From contig CBDCDA010000002.1 of the NCBI GenBank assembly GCA_965215335.1, forward strand, positions 1,056,001-1,120,000: 64,000 bases of DNA. Direction: 5' to 3'. This document shows positions 28,552 to 36,948 of the stretch, piece after piece. The stretch is from an uncultured Candidatus Entotheonella sp. (GTDB taxonomy: Bacteria; Tectomicrobia; Entotheonellia; Entotheonellales; Entotheonellaceae). Made by a program: the position numbers and the translations under genes. The notes beneath the pieces are model-generated. The model saw nothing but the letters and a program-made list of their open reading frames with translations, was not told the origin of the DNA and did no database searches. Position 1 is the stretch's first letter. Each line of letters starts with the position of its first letter.

Positions 28552-30930
28552 ATGATCCAACGGACAGTGGTGGTACTGATAACAGCCGCGGCGATTTTCG
28601 CAACCGCTGTCGCCGGGCAGGCGGATGATGCGCTGCGTTGGAAGATCAAGCAGTTGCAGGCGGAGTTGAATCGGTGGCAGGCGCAGCACCGGCAAGCCGG
28701 GGAGGAACTCGCCCGTGTGCGGCAGGAGCAGGTGGCCCTCCACGCCCAATTGGCGGCCGATCTGGAAGACGAGCGGCGCCAGAAGGACACGGCTCGACAG
28801 ATGCTGGCGTCCGTGCAGCAGCAGTTGAGGGATGCCCAGACGTCGATGGTGCAGGGTCAGGAGCGTGAAGCTACGTTGCAACAGGACTTGTCGCAGGCGC
28901 GCCGGCAGCTGGCCCAGGCCGAGTCGGACTCGGCCCAGTTGCAAGGTACCCAGCAGGAATTGGCGGGGCTACAGGATGAATTGGCGCGCACGCAGTCGGC
29001 GCTCGCTGAGGAACAGGAGCGACATCGGACCACCAGCGGTGTCTTGGCCGGTGTGCGGCAGGCTTTGGAGCAGGCCAGCGCTGCGGTGGTGAAGCTGCGT
29101 TGGGCGCAGACGAGACAGGACCGGGCGACCGCTGCGGCACAGGCGGCTATGCAGGCGGAGTTGATGGAGGCGCAGCAACGGCAATGGCAGGCCGATGCGG
29201 ATGTCGTGCTGCTGCGTCAGGAATTATTGCGGGCGAATGCGGCGGTGGCAGGATTGCAGGCACGGGTCGTCAGTGTCCGGGGCGAGGCCGGTGAGGCGCA
29301 GGAATCGCTAACGGCGGTGCGGCAGGAGTTGGCGAATGTCCGCGCGGCTTTGGCGCGGGATCAGGGTCGGTATCGCGTGGTAGCGCGGGTGTTGTCGAGC
29401 ACGCAGCAGAGGTTGGTGGAAGCCAATGCGCGGTCGGCGCAGTTGCGGGTGGATCTGGATGATGCAAGTCGAGCGGCTGCCGTACGGCGAGACATGCTGG
29501 CGTCCGTGCAGCAGCAGTTGAGGGATGCCCAGACCGCGATGGTGCAGGATCAGGAAAGCCGAGCGGTCCTGGAGGAGGCGTTGTCGCAGACCCGGCAGGA
29601 CTTGGCGCGGGCCAACTCGGTGGCCGAACAGGCGCAGAGCGAGATCGTGCGGCAGGCCCGGATTAACGAGGTCCGACAGTCACAAATGAATCGGGACCTT
29701 ATGGAAGCGCGGTCGCAAGGCGAGGCGGTGCAACTGATCCTGGTCACCGTGCGGGAAGAACTGGCGCGCACTCGCAGAGCGCTGGAGCAGGAGCAGGGGC
29801 GCAGCGCAGCGCAGGGCGAGGTTTTGGCAAATACGCAGGCGGCGTTATCGGAAACCTCCGCGTCGCTTGCCGAGGCTCGCGCGACGATGGCTGACCAGGC
29901 CGAGGCGCATGCCAACGCGCAAGCGGCGGCGCAGTCGGACAAGCAGCAATGGGTCGAGCGTTACTGGGACATGGAACAGCAGCGCAACAAGACGCGGCAA
30001 GCCTTGAAACGCGCGGAGCAGGCGTACACGGAGACGCAGCAAGCCCTGGATCAGACGACGAGGCAGGCACGGATTGACGGGATCGGGCGGTCGCAACTGC
30101 GCAGGGATTTGATGGAAGCGCAGGCTCAGGTCCAGGCCACGCAACAGGCGTTGTCGGAAGCCTCGGCGTCGCTTGCCGAGGTTCGTTCGGCGCTGGCAGA
30201 CCAGGCCGAGGCGCACGCCAACGCGCAAGCGACATCGCAGTTGGACAAGCAGCAGTGGGTCGAGCGTTACTGGGAGATGGAACAGCGGCGCAACAAGACG
30301 CGGCAAGCCATGAGACGCGCGGAGCAGGCGTACGCGGAGACGCGGCGGGTGCTGGATCAGACGACGCGGCAGGCCCGGATTGACGAAATCCTGCGGTCGC
30401 AACTGCGCAGGGATTTGATGGAAGCGCGGCAGGATCTGGAGCGCAGGAATGCCCGTCGTGCCGAGGCCGCCGCGCGTGTCGAGGCGGTGGCCGATCTGAT
30501 GCGGCAGCATTTTGCGGATGAAATTCGGCAAAACCAGTTGAGCGTGCGGAAAGGCAAACGGCGCGTGAAACTCGCGTCGGCCGATATCTTTGATTTTGAT
30601 AAAGCTGTCGAAGCGGGAAGGCGGTCCAGACAGACCTTGGATCAACTCGCCGAGATGCTGCAGGAAATTCCCTTGCATCAGGTGCGACTCGAAGTCCATA
30701 CGGACAGCATCCCCCTCAGGCGGGGTTCGAGATGGCCGACGAATTGGGAGTTGTCGACGGCACGGGCCGCGAAGCTCGCGCGTTACCTGATCGACAAGGG
30801 TGTGGCACCTGAACGCCTGTCGATTGGCGGCTACGGCGAGTACCGGCCCGTGGCCGACAATAACACGCCGGAAGGGCGGCGACAGAACCGGCGGGTCGAG
30901 GTGATCATCAAGCCGCCGCGCCATCCGTAG
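28552..30930 (+). CDS. Signal peptide + very long coiled coil + C-terminal MotB/OmpA peptidoglycan-binding domain
   Basis: HTDS, TNWELSTARA, GYGEYRP..DN.TPEGR.QNRRVEV; Q/A/E/R-rich heptads. Confidence 0.85.
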   Translation: MIQRTVVVLITAAAIFATAVAGQADDALRWKIKQLQAELNRWQAQHRQAGEELARVRQEQVALHAQLAADLEDERRQKDTARQMLASVQQQLRDAQTSMVQGQEREATLQQDLSQARRQLAQAESDSAQLQGTQQELAGLQDELARTQSALAEEQERHRTTSGVLAGVRQALEQASAAVVKLRWAQTRQDRATAAAQAAMQAELMEAQQRQWQADADVVLLRQELLRANAAVAGLQARVVSVRGEAGEAQESLTAVRQELANVRAALARDQGRYRVVARVLSSTQQRLVEANARSAQLRVDLDDASRAAAVRRDMLASVQQQLRDAQTAMVQDQESRAVLEEALSQTRQDLARANSVAEQAQSEIVRQARINEVRQSQMNRDLMEARSQGEAVQLILVTVREELARTRRALEQEQGRSAAQGEVLANTQAALSETSASLAEARATMADQAEAHANAQAAAQSDKQQWVERYWDMEQQRNKTRQALKRAEQAYTETQQALDQTTRQARIDGIGRSQLRRDLMEAQAQVQATQQALSEASASLAEVRSALADQAEAHANAQATSQLDKQQWVERYWEMEQRRNKTRQAMRRAEQAYAETRRVLDQTTRQARIDEILRSQLRRDLMEARQDLERRNARRAEAAARVEAVADLMRQHFADEIRQNQLSVRKGKRRVKLASADIFDFDKAVEAGRRSRQTLDQLAEMLQEIPLHQVRLEVHTDSIPLRRGSRWPTNWELSTARAAKLARYLIDKGVAPERLSIGGYGEYRPVADNNTPEGRRQNRRVEVIIKPPRHP
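29836..30427 (+). repeat. Internal ~306-bp (102-aa) tandem duplication in the coiled-coil gene
   Basis: DKQQWVERYW.MEQ.RNKTRQA...RQARID...RSQLRRDLMEA occurs twice (GAC at 29938 and 30244); MLASVQQQLRDAQT is also duplicated at 28801 and ~29494. Confidence 0.85.
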
Positions 30931-31031
30931 GACAAACCGCCATTGGCATGACACATACCCGGCGGCTGTTCGGGACGTGATGCCAATGGCGGTGATTGTT
31001 GCGACTGCCCCGAGGCCGGGCGGGAACGCTG

Positions 31032-31580
31032 CTACGGCAAAGCAGCCTGCGGTTCCAGGGCCAAGCGATGCAGCCGCCACGTCCATTCGATGTCCGTGAG
31101 CGCACGGTGTTGATCCTCGCCCTCACGGACCAACTTGTAATGTTCTGCCACCGTGCCCAGTCCGAGATGCAGGTCGGCGGGCAGAGTGCCGAGCAGTTGG
31201 AAGCGCTTGTACAGACTCCACACGTCAAAGATGTGATAGTCAAACCGCCAGGGAATGCCGTAGCGCTGGTAGGCTCGATACAGAAACGCCTCGTCGAACT
31301 TCGTATTCCAGCCGCTGATGATGGCCTCGTCCTGACATCGCCTGTCGAACTGCCGCAGTACTTCTTCAAGAGGCGCCGCCGCGGCAATGCTGGCGAGCGG
31401 AATCTTGTGGACCTCGGCCGCCTCGGCGCTCTTCTCCACGTCGCCCGGATTGGCCAGGGAGTGGAAAATTTCGGCTTCGCGCCGACCGTCGGTCTCGAAA
31501 ATGCAGCCAACTTCGACGATGCCATGCTGAGCGACGTCGAGACCGGTTGTTTCCAGATCAACAAAGACTAGCTGTGCCAT
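31032..31580 (-). CDS. DEDDh 3'-5' exonuclease
   Basis: DLETTG, WNTKFD, HRALTD. Confidence 0.88.
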   Translation of the reverse strand: MAQLVFVDLETTGLDVAQHGIVEVGCIFETDGRREAEIFHSLANPGDVEKSAEAAEVHKIPLASIAAAAPLEEVLRQFDRRCQDEAIISGWNTKFDEAFLYRAYQRYGIPWRFDYHIFDVWSLYKRFQLLGTLPADLHLGLGTVAEHYKLVREGEDQHRALTDIEWTWRLHRLALEPQAALP

Positions 31581-31717
31581 GGGTTTTCTCATTTGTGACA
31601 AAAGAGTTTGGATCGCTGGCGGCGGAAAGGCCCGTCAGCATAGCCCATATTCTGTCATTGGGCCAGACGCTGTTCGGCCGCCGTTTGGCCATGACAGCGT
31701 AAAGAGGACTTCCGTTC

Positions 31718-32554
31718 ATGCCGCCGAGTTTTGCCACCGTCCGGGAACGCTATTTCGATGACCTTGTCGCCAACCAGTGGTACGACGTCCGTACCTTCGG
31801 CAAGAAGCAGAGACTGACCCTCAGGCCGCCCGACTACCTCGTCGAGCTCATCCGGCACACGCAGGTGACGGCGGTGGAGATGCACAGCCACACACCGCGT
31901 TCGGACGGGCTGATCGAGCCGCAGCGCATCGCCGCCTGGACCCATGCCCTGTACAAGAAAGGCTATTTCCGCCACGGCCATCTGGCGATGCCGCTCGTGG
32001 TGGTGGTTACCGATCACGATTACATCTATAGCTGCGACGAACTGCAAGCCGTCTCGGACGACAGCGGCCTGACGCTGCTGTCCGCCGCCGAGGTCAGCAC
32101 TACCCACGGCCACGTGCTGTATTACGGCTTCCAGGATGAGGTCGTTTCAGCTTACGACCTGCGGCAGCCGCAACTCACGGTGCAGCCCAATGGCCCGGAA
32201 TTTCTTCGCCGAGTCGCCTCGCTCGAAGGCGGCGTGGCGGTCCCCGCGCATCCCTACCGCGAGACGAGCATTCTGCGAGAGCTTCCGGGCGATGAGGTGG
32301 CGCCCTTGCTCGGAACGGTGGAGAGCCTGAACGGCAAGACCCCGGCGGACCAGAACCTCAGTGCCATCGAGTACGCCCGCAAGCACGGCCTGCGCGGCAT
32401 CGGTGGCAGCGATGCGCATCAGATTTCTCGCCTGTATTCCTACCTGACCCTGTTCGACGGCCCGATTCGCACCCTGCACGATCTGGTTCTCGGCCTGCGA
32501 CAAGGCGATTTTTTCCCCGTGCACGGCGAGCATCTGCGCTTCAAGGAAGCCTGA
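31718..32554 (+). CDS. PHP domain metallophosphoesterase
   Basis: HSH, TDHD, AEVS..HGH, AHPYR, GSDAH. Confidence 0.85.
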   Translation: MPPSFATVRERYFDDLVANQWYDVRTFGKKQRLTLRPPDYLVELIRHTQVTAVEMHSHTPRSDGLIEPQRIAAWTHALYKKGYFRHGHLAMPLVVVVTDHDYIYSCDELQAVSDDSGLTLLSAAEVSTTHGHVLYYGFQDEVVSAYDLRQPQLTVQPNGPEFLRRVASLEGGVAVPAHPYRETSILRELPGDEVAPLLGTVESLNGKTPADQNLSAIEYARKHGLRGIGGSDAHQISRLYSYLTLFDGPIRTLHDLVLGLRQGDFFPVHGEHLRFKEA

Positions 32555-32700
32555 GCCTGTTCCATAAGTCCGGTTACTCTTTTTTTGCCGGCATCGGATA
32601 AACATTCGCCCTTTCCAGGGCGCTTTTTTGCGTCAAACGCCCTGGAATCGGTGAGAATCCCGCCTACTTTTGGGATGTCGCCGACTTTAGGAACAGACTC
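32553..32700. mobile_element. 148-bp MITE-like element with IS5-type terminal inverted repeats
   Basis: Left GAGCCTGTTCCATAAGTC (32553-32570) vs right GACTTTAGGAACAGACTC (32683-32700), 15/18 inverted match; same TIR at 43370-43387. Confidence 0.7.
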
Positions 32701-32728
32701 CAAGGCGAGAAACTGGCAACGCGGCGGA

Positions 32729-34447
32729 TCAGTAGCTGCCGTAGACGCCGAGCGAGGAACGCAGGCGTTCCTGCATCGGCTCGGAAGGATCGATGGTGAC
32801 GTCGACGACCGCCGGTTTCTGGCCGCTCAGGGCCTCGCGTACCGCGGGTTTGATGTCGTCCGGCTGTCCCACCTTGAGGCCCACGCAGCCGTAGCCCTGC
32901 GCGACCGCCGCCCAGTCGGTACGCACGAACTCCGAGGCGACCGGCTGATCCCCCTGTCCCTGGCGCACCATGCCCAACTGGGCGTCGTTCATCACCACAT
33001 ACGTCACCGGCGCGTCGTATTGCAAGGCGGTGCTCAGCACGTGGTTCTGCATGGCGAAGCCGTCGCTGCATACCGACACGCATTGGCGGTCCGGATGGAG
33101 CAGCTTGGCCGTCAGTGCCGCCGGGAGCGACCAGCTCATGCCGGCGATGCCGTAGGTGCCGAAATAGTTGCCGGCTTGCCGGGTTTGAAAGTAGCGCAGC
33201 ATCCATACCCGGTTGTTACCGGCGTCGGCGCATACGATGGCGTCGGGGTCCAACGTTTCGGACAACGCTCTGGCCAGCCGCTGCGGGAGGACGGGCACGG
33301 CGCCCGAGGCGCTGTAGTCATCGTCGAAGTAGTCGAGGGCCTGTTTGTCGGCCTGCAGTTGGGCAAAACGCGGCAGGTCGGTATAGGCGGGGCGTTTGCC
33401 GACGCTGTCGGCCAGCGCCTCGTTGAGTTGGGTGAGGACGGCTTTGGCGTCGCCGATCAGGCCGAGGTCGATGGGGAAGACCCAGCCAGCATTGCGCGGC
33501 TCGACGTCGAGCTGGATCAGCGTCTGGCGGTGGGGATCGATCAGGTACGGGCTTTCCGTAATGGTATCCGGGCCTTTCAAGCGACAGCCGACGATGAGCA
33601 CGAGGTCGGCCTCGCTGACGACCTTGTTGGCCACCGGCGAGCCGAAAATGCCCATGCCGCCGAGCGCCAGCGGGTGGACTTCCGCGAACACCCCTTTGCC
33701 CAGCGTGCTGGTGGCTACGGGGATACCGAGGGCCTGGGCCAGGGTTTGCAACTCGGCGTATGCCTTGGCGGCGTGCACGCCATTGCCGGCCACGATCACG
33801 GGTCGTTGCGCGGCAAGCAGGCGCTCGACGGCGCGCTCGATGTCGCTGGGGTGCGGGACCGACGGGGCATTCTGCATGTAGCCCCGCGTATCGTAAATGC
33901 GCGGAAACGTGTCGTCCGTAATCTCGCCGCGCATCGATTCGATGGCCAGCACCGCGGCCGTCGGACCCGGGCGTCCGACGACCGCATGCTTGATAGCCCG
34001 CTGTACCGCCTGTATGCCTTCGCCGGGGCTGTGCGCCACCGCGGTGAACTTGCAGGTCGCCTTGAAAATCGCCGCGATGTCGAAGTTGCCGTATTCCCCG
34101 CCGCCGCATTGCAGGGAGCCGTGGCCGGGCGGCACGCCATAGGTGGTGATGTCGGTGATCACCAGCATTGGCGAGCTGCCGAGGCCCGCTTCAATAACGC
34201 CGAACAGCCCGGTGGACGCGGCGTAGCAGCCCTGCGCCATGAACACCCCCGGCTTGCCGGTCAGGCGACCATACATGTCGGCCATGCACGCCGCCGTCTG
34301 CTCGTCGCGTGCCAGCACGACCTTGATCTTGTCCTGCTTGCCGTACAGTGCCCTGAATATCTGACCGGTATCGCCGCCGGGAAGCCCGAAGACGTGATCG
34401 ATGCCCGCCTCTTCGAGAACTGCGACAATTTTATCAACGGTGCGCAT
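32729..34447 (-). CDS. Thiamine diphosphate-dependent enzyme (acetolactate synthase-like)
   Basis: VFGLPGG, RDEQTAACMAD.YGR.TGKPG, SDGFAM...VVMND. Confidence 0.88.
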   Translation of the reverse strand: MRTVDKIVAVLEEAGIDHVFGLPGGDTGQIFRALYGKQDKIKVVLARDEQTAACMADMYGRLTGKPGVFMAQGCYAASTGLFGVIEAGLGSSPMLVITDITTYGVPPGHGSLQCGGGEYGNFDIAAIFKATCKFTAVAHSPGEGIQAVQRAIKHAVVGRPGPTAAVLAIESMRGEITDDTFPRIYDTRGYMQNAPSVPHPSDIERAVERLLAAQRPVIVAGNGVHAAKAYAELQTLAQALGIPVATSTLGKGVFAEVHPLALGGMGIFGSPVANKVVSEADLVLIVGCRLKGPDTITESPYLIDPHRQTLIQLDVEPRNAGWVFPIDLGLIGDAKAVLTQLNEALADSVGKRPAYTDLPRFAQLQADKQALDYFDDDYSASGAVPVLPQRLARALSETLDPDAIVCADAGNNRVWMLRYFQTRQAGNYFGTYGIAGMSWSLPAALTAKLLHPDRQCVSVCSDGFAMQNHVLSTALQYDAPVTYVVMNDAQLGMVRQGQGDQPVASEFVRTDWAAVAQGYGCVGLKVGQPDDIKPAVREALSGQKPAVVDVTIDPSEPMQERLRSSLGVYGSY

Positions 34448-34770
34448 GACCGGGATTCCCTCATATGGGTTGGGGGTCGGATCTGTTTTTGCACAAAAAT
34501 CAGGGATTTCCAGGAGGGTTGACCGCCTTCCTGTGGATAAAGGAGGTAGGCGTTCGCTCGTTTTGCAACAGCTACCTGTCACAAATTTGTTCTCTTCTGC
34601 AAGTTTCAGTAAGTCAAATACTTATTGGAATTGACTGGGGATGGGCATCTTGCTCTGGAGTCGCAAGATAGCGTCATTTAGCCGCCCTCCGGGTTATTCT
34701 TTTCCCCATTTTCCCCACAAGACCTGTCAACAACTCCATAACTCATTCAATTGCCGAGTTTTGCCCCATT

Positions 34771-35913
34771 TCAGAGTGGCGCGGCGACCTCGTCGGGCAG
34801 ATTGATACCGTAGAGATGGAGAACGTTCCGGCTGGTCATTTTTTCCTTTTCATCCTCGGGGACGCCATCGAAAATGCGGTCCAGAACCGCCATGGAATGC
34901 GGCCAGATGGAGTCGTGGTGCGGATAGTCGTTGCCCCAGATGAGGTTGTCCACGCCAATCAGGTGGCGGGTCAGCACGCCGGCCACGTCATCTTCGAAAG
35001 TGGCGCAGAACTGGCGCCGGAAATAGTCGCTGGGCTCCATCGTGAGGTCGGGGGACGCTTCCGAGCGGGTGCGGTAGGTGGCGTGGTCGAGGCGCTGCAG
35101 AACGTGCGCCAGCCAGCCGGTTTCGAATTCGCAGCACACGAAGCGTAGCCTGGGATGGTGTTCGGCAACGCCGCCGCAAATCAGTTGCGCGATAGTGGCG
35201 ACCATGCCGCCGTGCGTCATGGTGTAACCAACGATGCTGCGTCCGGGGTTGCCCCAGTGCGCCGGCAGGCCCATATCGGGCGTGCTGCCACAGAAGATGT
35301 GCATGGAGATGGGCAGGTCGATTTCTTCGGCCGCCTCCCAGAAGGGCTCGAAATCCGGGTGGTCGTATGGCTTGTCGAGCGGCGCCGTGCAGGGGATGGC
35401 CACGCCGCGAATGCCCATCTTGGCGACGCGGTGCAATTCGGCGATTGCTTCCTCGACGTCAGGCAAGGGCAGGCAGGCGATGCCGACCAGGCGATTCGGG
35501 GCATGACTCCCGTACTCGTGAATCCAGTCGTTGTGCCGCCGGAACACCGCGTGCACCACGTCGCGCTCGGGGTAGGCGAACGCCGCCATGTTGACGCTGG
35601 GATACATGACCTCGCCGACGATGCCGTCCACCGCCTGTTCCTCAAGACGGGCCGACGGGTCGTGCACGCCCGGGTTCAGGCCGTCATAGCCGCGGGCCAT
35701 GAGTTCGTGCGTCTTGGGATTGTCGAGGCGATTGCCGGCGATGCCGAGCCGGCCGATGTTCATGAGCGTTTCGCCATAGGCCACGTAGGTGCCTTTGCGA
35801 CCGTCCGGGTCGTTCACGATGCGTGGCGCGCGGCTGCCGAAACGTTCTTCCAAGCCGGCAAACACCTCGGGCGGTTCAACGACGTGTGAGTCACATGAGT
35901 AGTACCTGCTCAC
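34771..35913 (-). CDS. Amidohydrolase_2 family protein
   Basis: SCDSHVVEP, PISMH, CEFETGW, WGNDYPH. Confidence 0.88.
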   Translation of the reverse strand: MSRYYSCDSHVVEPPEVFAGLEERFGSRAPRIVNDPDGRKGTYVAYGETLMNIGRLGIAGNRLDNPKTHELMARGYDGLNPGVHDPSARLEEQAVDGIVGEVMYPSVNMAAFAYPERDVVHAVFRRHNDWIHEYGSHAPNRLVGIACLPLPDVEEAIAELHRVAKMGIRGVAIPCTAPLDKPYDHPDFEPFWEAAEEIDLPISMHIFCGSTPDMGLPAHWGNPGRSIVGYTMTHGGMVATIAQLICGGVAEHHPRLRFVCCEFETGWLAHVLQRLDHATYRTRSEASPDLTMEPSDYFRRQFCATFEDDVAGVLTRHLIGVDNLIWGNDYPHHDSIWPHSMAVLDRIFDGVPEDEKEKMTSRNVLHLYGINLPDEVAAPL

Positions 35914-35934
35914 AATCAGATCTCCTTATCATGA

Positions 35935-36256
35935 TCATGTCATCATGTCAGGCCAACGGAACCTCAAAGCGGGGCGCCCAGTCTGGTCTTTCCGACCCAA
36001 AAAATCAAGCAGCCGCCGGGCCGATTCGGGGTCGAGGCGGCGGCTGCCCTCCTTGCGCGCAACGGTCTGCAGCTGGTGCCAGTGGACTTGCAGAAAACAT
36101 GCCGCGCGCGGCCCGTCGTGCCTGCTCAGTTCCCGCAGCCACCAACCGGTGGCTTTCTGGATGAACCGCTCCGGAGCGGCGGCGTATCCGGCGGCTTGGA
36201 TCAGAACACGCTCGGGGTCGCGGCCGGGTTTCGCATACGGCAGGGTGGAGACCAGG
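35935..36256 (-). pseudogene. C-terminal fragment of an AlkD-like DNA alkylation repair protein, 5'-truncated by IS481
   Basis: Hand translation gives ...ERFIQKATGWWLRELSRHD...ARKEGSRRL; reading frame abuts the IS481 left end. Confidence 0.65.
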
Positions 36257-36832
36257 TGTGAAGTCCCATGGATTGATGGTACCGCCCTTTCCGTGCAATC
36301 GAAGGAGGTACTATTGGGACAGGTACTTCACGGCAGCTGGCCACGACCACGCACGCCGTCAGAAAAGCCATACAGCGATCGAAAGCTGCGCTCAAGAAAC
36401 TGAGCCAAACCTGTGGCATCAACCCCAAGACCGTCCGAAAATGGCGAAAGCGAAACACCGTCGGAGACCACTGGACAGGACCCGGACAACCGCGCTCGAC
36501 ACTTCTCGGCGAGGCTGAGGAAGCCCTCATCGTGGCCTTCCGACGCCACACCCTGCTGCCACTCGACGACTGTCCCCATGCCTTCAAGCCGACCCTCCCG
36601 CATCTCACCCGTTCGTCACTCCATCGCCGTCTGAGGCGTCATGGTATCTAGCCGCCTGCCGCAAGAGGAGGGCGACAAACCCGAAAAGAAGCGCTTCAAG
36701 CGCTACCCGATCGGCTATTTCCATGTCGGCATCGCCGAACTGCGAACCGCCGAGGGCAAACTCCATCGGCTCATCGCCATCGACCGGGCCTCGAAGTTCG
36801 CCTTCGCCAGGCTGGTGGAACGCGCCAACACG
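36257..36832 (+). mobile_element. Truncated, frameshifted IS481-family element
   Basis: TGT left end; pieces GQVLHGS/TTTHAVRKAIQRS, GINPKTVRKWRKR, FKRYPIGYFHV.IAEL, AIDRASKFAFA; 3' half missing. Confidence 0.8.
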
Positions 36833-36948
36833 AGGGGATTCGATGGCGGTATTGGCGATGGTACGGTACCGGGTTATCGTGTATCATTCCCCGCCGAACC
36901 GACAGCGTGTCAAGGTCATACTTCCCTACCACACGGAGAGCAAACGCC

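Noticed and set aside
34448..34770. Possible TPP riboswitch upstream of the ThDP enzyme; palindrome ATCTTGC-N9-GCAAGAT at 34647-34669
   Set aside because: TPP aptamer hallmarks not found; the single palindrome has no second copy or regulator to support it
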